The position numbers and the translations under genes were made by a program. The notes beneath the pieces are model-generated. The model was not told the DNA's origin. It saw nothing but the letters and a program-made list of their open reading frames with translations, and ran no database searches. A DNA stretch of 52,149 nucleotides from Schleiferiaceae bacterium (GTDB lineage: Bacteria > Bacteroidota > Bacteroidia > Flavobacteriales > Schleiferiaceae). The DNA is taken from the NCBI GenBank assembly GCA_022426185.1, contig JAKMEB010000016.1, forward strand, positions 1 through 52,149, in the 5' to 3' direction. Below are positions 46,891-52,149 of the stretch, one piece after another (positions within the stretch are counted from its first letter, which is position 1; every line of letters starts with the position of its first letter).

Positions 46891-48233
46891 TTCAAACTGC
46901 GCACCTTGTATTGAAAACGCCAATACAAGGCAACTGCAGCGAGCAGTAATCCAATAGCAAGCCCAATCCAAACCCCCAAAGGACCTACAGCCATCACCAC
47001 TCCTAGATAGTAACAGAGTGGTACAGCGATGACCCAATATGCGATGAAGGCAATGATGGTTGGTATATTCACATCTTGAACGCCGCGTAGTGCTCCTAAG
47101 GTGGTAGCTTGAAGTCCATCGGGTAATTGAAATATTCCCGCCGCAATCATAAGTACCGCGGTGTACTGCAAGACATCCGGGTCGGAACTGTAGAATTCTG
47201 GGACAATATCTCGAAACGCAATGAATAAACACATGGTCACTACCATCATTGCTAAGGTGAGATGAAACAGGCTTTGCCCAGCCAAACGGAGCATGGGTAT
47301 GTCTCTTTTGCCCAGTTGATTTCCCATTCGAATAGTTGCTGCTGCACCAATACCGCTGACCATCATATAGCTGACAGAGGCAATATTGAGAGCAATCTGA
47401 TGTGCCGCTTGTTGCACAGGACCTATCATTCCCACAATTACTCCACTCATTGCAAAAGCACCGGCCTCAAATACGTATTGTAAACCACTGGGTACACCAA
47501 TGACTAAGATGGCGCGAATACTCTTCCAAGAAATTTGACTGCTGCGCCAGTAGCTCCAATAAATTTCAAATTTTTTGTGCTTACGAATGTAAAAGGCCAT
47601 CCCAGCCAGCATTAAGAATCGGGTACTAAGGGTAGCCAGTGCAGCACCAGCAAGACCCAGTTCAGGGAAAGGTCCCCAACCGGTGATCAGTGGGTAATTT
47701 AATAAGATGTTCAGTAAATTGGCTACCAAGCTTACACGCATTCCTGCTTTGGTATCGCTTAGCCCTTCCGCAAATTGCTTGAAGGCGAAAAAGCTCATCA
47801 TTGGAATAATGGATAGTCCAACCAAATGAATGTACGGGAGTGAAGCCTCTACTACGCGTACATCCTGACCCAATAGGTGAGCAAACTGCGCGAAAAGAGC
47901 TAAAACACCATAAACTACCAATCCTAAAATGGAGTTTAAAACGAGTCCATTTTTAAAATACTTTACAGCTTCTGCAGGATCCTCCTTACCATCCGCGCCA
48001 GCGACTAAAGGAGTGAGGCCATAGGCAACGCCTATCGCGAAAACCATGGGAATGATGAGTATGGATACGGCAAGTGAGACGGCAGCTAAAGGGATGGTAC
48101 CAAGGAATTTACCCACCATAATGGAATCTGCGACGGACACCAAAGTCTGTCCTAACTGACCGATCATCACCGGATAGGCCAATTTTAAGCTAATCCCGTA
48201 TTGGGATTTATATGTATTCCATTGGTAGGCCAC
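46887..48233 (-). CDS. MATE-family efflux transporter
   Basis: 448 aa, 12 predicted TM helices and an N-terminal LAYPVMIGQLGQ motif typical of NorM/DinF-type MATE proteins. Confidence 0.9.
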   Translation of the reverse strand: MAYQWNTYKSQYGISLKLAYPVMIGQLGQTLVSVADSIMVGKFLGTIPLAAVSLAVSILIIPMVFAIGVAYGLTPLVAGADGKEDPAEAVKYFKNGLVLNSILGLVVYGVLALFAQFAHLLGQDVRVVEASLPYIHLVGLSIIPMMSFFAFKQFAEGLSDTKAGMRVSLVANLLNILLNYPLITGWGPFPELGLAGAALATLSTRFLMLAGMAFYIRKHKKFEIYWSYWRSSQISWKSIRAILVIGVPSGLQYVFEAGAFAMSGVIVGMIGPVQQAAHQIALNIASVSYMMVSGIGAAATIRMGNQLGKRDIPMLRLAGQSLFHLTLAMMVVTMCLFIAFRDIVPEFYSSDPDVLQYTAVLMIAAGIFQLPDGLQATTLGALRGVQDVNIPTIIAFIAYWVIAVPLCYYLGVVMAVGPLGVWIGLAIGLLLAAVALYWRFQYKVRSLN

Positions 48234-48239
48234 TCCGGC

Positions 48240-48467
48240 TTAGAGGTTGTAGCGCTCTACTTCACGAGTGTAAAACACTTCTGCTTCTGCAATTAACCCT
48301 TCTAGAATTTTGGTTAAATCCCCTTCGCTTTCATCGCCGATATCGTCTAACCATTTCACTTCATCGTTTTCGAGGTTGAGAATAAAGGAAGGAAATTCAG
48401 TATGTACGATATAGACTGCTTCTGGAAGATCTGTATTGTCGGCAACTAAGAATTTAGGAAAGCTCAT
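48240..48467 (-). CDS. Small acidic hypothetical protein (75 aa)
   Basis: Only ORF in the slot between the sigma-54 activator and the MATE gene. No motif recognised. Tight spacing suggests it is expressed. Confidence 0.5.
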   Translation of the reverse strand: MSFPKFLVADNTDLPEAVYIVHTEFPSFILNLENDEVKWLDDIGDESEGDLTKILEGLIAEAEVFYTREVERYNL

Positions 48468-48498
48468 GGTGTGTTCATTTTGTTCAACAAAAGTACGT

Positions 48499-49662
48499 CT
48501 ATTTGCGTGCGAAGGTAGTTACATCAGCCGCACTAATTTCTGCGCCACCTAAAATGTGTAAGCGTTCGATGACGTTCCTAAATTCCCTTATGTTCCCGGT
48601 CCAATCATAGCCTTGTAATGCGCTTATAGCCGTACCGCTAATGCTTTTCGCATGGACGCCGTAATCGTCTGCTATTTGATGTAAAAAGTAGTGTGCTAAT
48701 AACGGAATATCCGTGCTGCGATCATTTAACCCGGGTACCTCGATAAGAATTACGCTAAGTCGGTGGTACAGATCTTCTCGAAACCTTCCTGCTTCGATTT
48801 CCTTTTTTAAATCTTTATTGGTTGCGGCCAATACGCGAACATTTACTTTAATGCTGCGATCTCCTCCCACCGGGGTTATTTGGTGTTCTTGTAAAGCGCG
48901 TAGCACTTTCGCCTGCGCACTTAAGCTCATGTCGCCAATCTCATCTAGAAATAGAGTACCGCCATGGGCCAATTCAAATTTTCCCTTTCTGTCTTTCTGC
49001 GCTCCCGTAAAAGCACCTTTTTTATGGCCAAAAAGTTCGCTCTCAATCAATTCAGCGGGTATGGCTGCACAATTCACTTCGACCATCGCATTCTTTGAAC
49101 GGGCACTTTGTTCATGCAATTGATGCGCTACCAGCTCCTTCCCAGAGCCATTTGGTCCTGTAATTAAGACGCGTGCCTCAGAAGGTGCAACTTTTTCAAT
49201 CAGTTCGCGCAGATTCTCCATTCCAGCGCTCTCACCAATCATAGTATACTTCTTACTCACTTTCTTTTTGAGTGTCTTGACCTCTTGAACCAGCGTTTTC
49301 TTTTCTAAAGCATGGCGCACAGTACTTAATAATCGGTTTAAATCAGGGGGTTTTGGTAAATAATCGAAGGCGCCTTTTTTCAAACATTCGACAGCAGTAT
49401 TTATGTCCCCGTGGCCACTGATCATTATCACTGGAACTTCAGCGTTTATAGCCATCATGCGTTCAAGGACTTCAACTCCGTCCATATGCGGCATTTTAAT
49501 GTCACAGAAAACGAGATCCCATGCACCTTCACCAAAAACCGCAATGGCCTGTTTGCCATCGGCAGCTTCATGAACGTCGTTTGACGCATCTTCTTCTAAG
49601 AGTATTTTCTTTAAAACGCGACGAATGGCTTCCTCGTCTTCAATCAATAAAATTCTGCTCAT
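48499..49662 (-). CDS. Sigma-54-dependent response regulator (receiver plus AAA+), with no C-terminal DNA-binding domain
   Basis: Receiver domain (LLIEDEE...FCDIKMP). AAA+ with GPNGSGKE, GAFTGA (KKGAFTGA), LFLDEIG and NIREFRNVIERL. Only 17 aa follow the AAA+ domain. Confidence 0.9.
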   Translation of the reverse strand: MSRILLIEDEEAIRRVLKKILLEEDASNDVHEAADGKQAIAVFGEGAWDLVFCDIKMPHMDGVEVLERMMAINAEVPVIMISGHGDINTAVECLKKGAFDYLPKPPDLNRLLSTVRHALEKKTLVQEVKTLKKKVSKKYTMIGESAGMENLRELIEKVAPSEARVLITGPNGSGKELVAHQLHEQSARSKNAMVEVNCAAIPAELIESELFGHKKGAFTGAQKDRKGKFELAHGGTLFLDEIGDMSLSAQAKVLRALQEHQITPVGGDRSIKVNVRVLAATNKDLKKEIEAGRFREDLYHRLSVILIEVPGLNDRSTDIPLLAHYFLHQIADDYGVHAKSISGTAISALQGYDWTGNIREFRNVIERLHILGGAEISAADVTTFARK

Positions 49663-49671
49663 GCTTAATGT

Positions 49672-50610
49672 TTAAAGTCCGCCAGAAGCGGCATCATCGT
49701 TTTCTGAAGCTATATTCTCACCAGCACCGACAATTCCATCTCCAAATTGTGTAACCCGCTCTGGTCCTTTCCACACGGTACGCTGTGGGAATGGAATAAT
49801 AATTTTATTTTCCCGGAATTCGCGGTCGATTTCAAATCGTAATTCACTTTTGATTTTTTCAATATGGAAGAGGTTCCTAGTGTAAAAATTCAATTCAAAA
49901 ATCAATGCGCTGTCTCCAAATTCCTTTAAAATAACCAGCGGTGCTTGGCCTGGTTCAGATTCTGGGTGGTCTAATGCAACCTGCTTAAGGAGATTGGCAA
50001 CTTGCTGGGTATCGCTACCAAAGGCAACGCTTACGTTAACACAGAAGCGAGTGGTTTCCTCACTATGTGTGAGGTTGACTACAACTTCGTTCGTCAGTTT
50101 ACTGTTCGGTACAATAATGAGAATATCGTCGCGGGTGCGCACCGTTGTAGTGCGTAGACCTACGGCTTCAACTTTTCCATATTGATCTTGAAGTTTGATG
50201 ATGTCACCCACGGAAAGAGTGCGTTCCATGAGGATAATTACTCCAGCACTCAAGTCTTTGAACGCATCTTGTAAACCCAAGCCTAATCCAACGAACAATG
50301 CGGTTGAGGCGGCCAAAAGGGTCGTGACTTTAACACCAATAGTCTCTAACGCCATAACAATGACCACGGTATAAATGAGGTATTTGGAGATCTGAAGAAT
50401 TGTGTAACGGCGGCCTTCATCGTAGTTGACGCCCATTAGACTTCTCATGAATACACGTCCCATGGTCCATATTCCAAGACGCGCTGATAAAAATAGAAAA
50501 ACGACTTGAAGCACACCTTTCACAGACAGCCTAACGCTGTCGTAGCTCCATATTTTATAGCTCAGAAACGATGCTATAAATGCACTGATGTTCTCTAGTA
50601 TTTCAGCCAT
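49672..50610 (-). CDS. Mechanosensitive ion channel (MscS family)
   Basis: TM helices followed by LSVGDIIKLQDQYGKVEAVGLRTTTVRTRDDILIIVPNSKL, the MscS beta-domain signature. Confidence 0.9.
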   Translation of the reverse strand: MAEILENISAFIASFLSYKIWSYDSVRLSVKGVLQVVFLFLSARLGIWTMGRVFMRSLMGVNYDEGRRYTILQISKYLIYTVVIVMALETIGVKVTTLLAASTALFVGLGLGLQDAFKDLSAGVIILMERTLSVGDIIKLQDQYGKVEAVGLRTTTVRTRDDILIIVPNSKLTNEVVVNLTHSEETTRFCVNVSVAFGSDTQQVANLLKQVALDHPESEPGQAPLVILKEFGDSALIFELNFYTRNLFHIEKIKSELRFEIDREFRENKIIIPFPQRTVWKGPERVTQFGDGIVGAGENIASENDDAASGGL

Positions 50611-51902
50611 TTGAATAATTCTTTCCAGGTTACTTTTTTACCGTACATCAATATACCAACGCGGTAGATCTTACCCGCTAGGCCAACGACGGCAAAAAAG
50701 GTAGCTACCAATATAGCACCACTTAAAAATACTTCCCATATCGGAATGCCAAAGGGCAGTCGTATCATCATAGTAATGGGTGAAGTCAATGGGATAATAC
50801 TCATCCAAAAGGCTAAGGTGCCGTTTGGCTCTTGGATAACATTCATTGCCGTCACAATCGCTAAAATCATGGGGATGGTAACTGGCAGCATAAATTGTTG
50901 GGAGTCCGCTTCTTGATCGACCGCACTTCCCACCGCTGCGAATAAGGCACTATAGAGGAAATACCCACCAAAAAAGTAAAAGGCAAATCCTAGAATAACG
51001 GTTGTAAAGTCAATAGAACGTAACATATCTAGCACTTCCAGTCCAGCCACATCTGCCACAGGATTCCCCGCGGCACTTGCCGCCGCCTGCTGCGCGAAGA
51101 GTTCCGGGAATAGAAATGTGCTGATAACGGTGTAAAGAATGCCGGAAAGTCCGATCCAAATAATGAATTGGACCACCCCAACCAAGCCTATACCCAAAAT
51201 CTTACCCATCATGAGTTGATAGGGACGAACACTTGAAATTATGACTTCAACGATGCGACTGCTTTTTTCTTCCATAACGCCCCGCATAACTTGGACAGAA
51301 TAGAAGAATATAAAGAAGTAGATGAGCATGCCGGTCATGTAGCCCAACGCCATTTTTATAGGCACTGCACTTTGTTCATCAGACCCTTCTTCTCCTAGGG
51401 TAAAACTCTTGATCGTTACGTTCGTTTTAATCTGAGCGACCACCTCAGGATCCACTCCGTTTTTTAGAAGTTTTGTTTTATTGATCTGCTCCTCCAATAA
51501 GTAATCCAAGTAACCTTGCATTTCCATCGAGGGATCCTCTTTACCATAAAGCAATACGTTATTTTTAATGAAATCAGGGTCCCAGTTTTCTCCCGTAGGA
51601 ATATAAAGAAGGGCATCATATGGTGAATCGAGCAGCAATTCTTTTGCCAATTCTAAATCATTCTCCCTTGGGTCCAAATAGTCGAGCGTATACTGCTGCT
51701 TCCCTTCGTGAGGGAGTAAGAGCGACGGCTCGTCTAAAACAATAATAGATTTCGCTTCCTCGGGCATGGAGGCTAAAACACCTGGGACAATCATTAATGC
51801 AGCAAATGCCAACGGTCCAATAAGAGTTACGAGCAAAAAGGTTTTTTTGCGCACCCGTGAAAGAAATTCACGTTGAATAATTAAGAAAATGGGGTTACTC
51901 AT
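50595..51902 (-). CDS. ABC-2-type transporter permease (NatB-like)
   Basis: N-terminal TM helix, a large extracytoplasmic loop, then five or six C-terminal TM helices. Directly follows an ABC ATPase gene. Confidence 0.85.
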   Translation of the reverse strand: MSNPIFLIIQREFLSRVRKKTFLLVTLIGPLAFAALMIVPGVLASMPEEAKSIIVLDEPSLLLPHEGKQQYTLDYLDPRENDLELAKELLLDSPYDALLYIPTGENWDPDFIKNNVLLYGKEDPSMEMQGYLDYLLEEQINKTKLLKNGVDPEVVAQIKTNVTIKSFTLGEEGSDEQSAVPIKMALGYMTGMLIYFFIFFYSVQVMRGVMEEKSSRIVEVIISSVRPYQLMMGKILGIGLVGVVQFIIWIGLSGILYTVISTFLFPELFAQQAAASAAGNPVADVAGLEVLDMLRSIDFTTVILGFAFYFFGGYFLYSALFAAVGSAVDQEADSQQFMLPVTIPMILAIVTAMNVIQEPNGTLAFWMSIIPLTSPITMMIRLPFGIPIWEVFLSGAILVATFFAVVGLAGKIYRVGILMYGKKVTWKELFKWLKY

Positions 51903-52149
51903 GATTCCAAGGTTTAGGTCCGTTTTTTACGATTTCAATGAAAATCTCGCTCACCGTTGGGAGTGCCTCTTCGAAGGCTACCAGCGTTTCTTTTTCACTT
52001 AAAGCGATGACCAATTCCTTAGGGAAAGCAGCAGCCTTTAAAACTGTGCGGTAACCCATGTGATTTTCCTTTTGAGAAAGGACTTCATGTTCGCCCCAAT
52101 TGTGATCAGCTGTTGGCGTTGTAAATGCAAATGTTCCGTCCTTGTAATG
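51895..52149 (-). CDS. ABC transporter ATP-binding protein, C-terminal fragment (5' end lies outside the window)
   Basis: Hand translation of the minus strand gives an open frame from the window edge: ...HYKDGTFAFTTPTADHNWGEHEVLSQKENHMGYRTVLKAAAFPKELVIALSEKETLVAFEEALPTVSEIFIEIVKNGPKPWNHE, with stop TAA at 51897-51895. The psL.eIF tail is typical of the NatA-type accessory C-domain. It overlaps the permease start by 8 nt. Confidence 0.7.
   Translation of the reverse strand, partial: HYKDGTFAFTTPTADHNWGEHEVLSQKENHMGYRTVLKAAAFPKELVIALSEKETLVAFEEALPTVSEIFIEIVKNGPKPWNHE

Noticed and set aside
1-52149. Scan for CRISPR arrays, tRNA/rRNA/tmRNA/SRP genes, integrases, toxin-antitoxin pairs and known defence-system genes.
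   Set aside because: No spaced direct repeats were found. No intergenic gap exceeds about 135 nt, and none shows cloverleaf or conserved ncRNA features. No protein carries recombinase, nuclease-helicase, reverse transcriptase or cyclase motifs typical of defence islands.

Overview
This 52-kb window is a compact chromosomal segment, about 97% coding, that looks Bacteroidota (Flavobacteriia-like). The taxon call rests on several type IX secretion (T9SS) markers: a type-B CTD adhesin, a PorP/SprF-like barrel, a PorQ-like barrel and a type-A CTD cargo. It is also supported by TAnnTTTG-type -7 boxes and the absence of Shine-Dalgarno spacing. Most genes are housekeeping: mfd, fbp, rsmA, mgtE, lysC/lysA, acs, lon, cmk, psd, cdsA, ftsH, rsfS, birA, pyrE, coaD, ddl, rluD, a copA-type ATPase, dcp and others. 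I found no rRNA, tRNA, CRISPR array, integrase, transposase catalytic gene or recognisable defence gene. Six loci are worth a second look. (1) A type-B-CTD adhesin is followed by a PorP/SprF-like barrel carrying an unusual C-terminal coiled-coil, linker and SPOR extension. (2) Two translationally coupled lipoproteins (TPR-like plus CsgG/LpoB-like, then LPP20-like) sit upstream of a MarR gene preceded by a perfect 22-bp palindrome. (3) A solitary IS1-InsA-like Zn-ribbon/HTH protein lies directly upstream of acs. (4) An orphan sigma-54 activator lacks any DNA-binding domain and sits inside a run of transporter genes. (5) A T9SS cargo gene is wedged into the PASTA-rluD operon. (6) Strong hairpins are embedded in the coding 3' ends of convergent, overlapping genes. 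All functional calls come from motif recognition by eye in the supplied translations. No database search was run.
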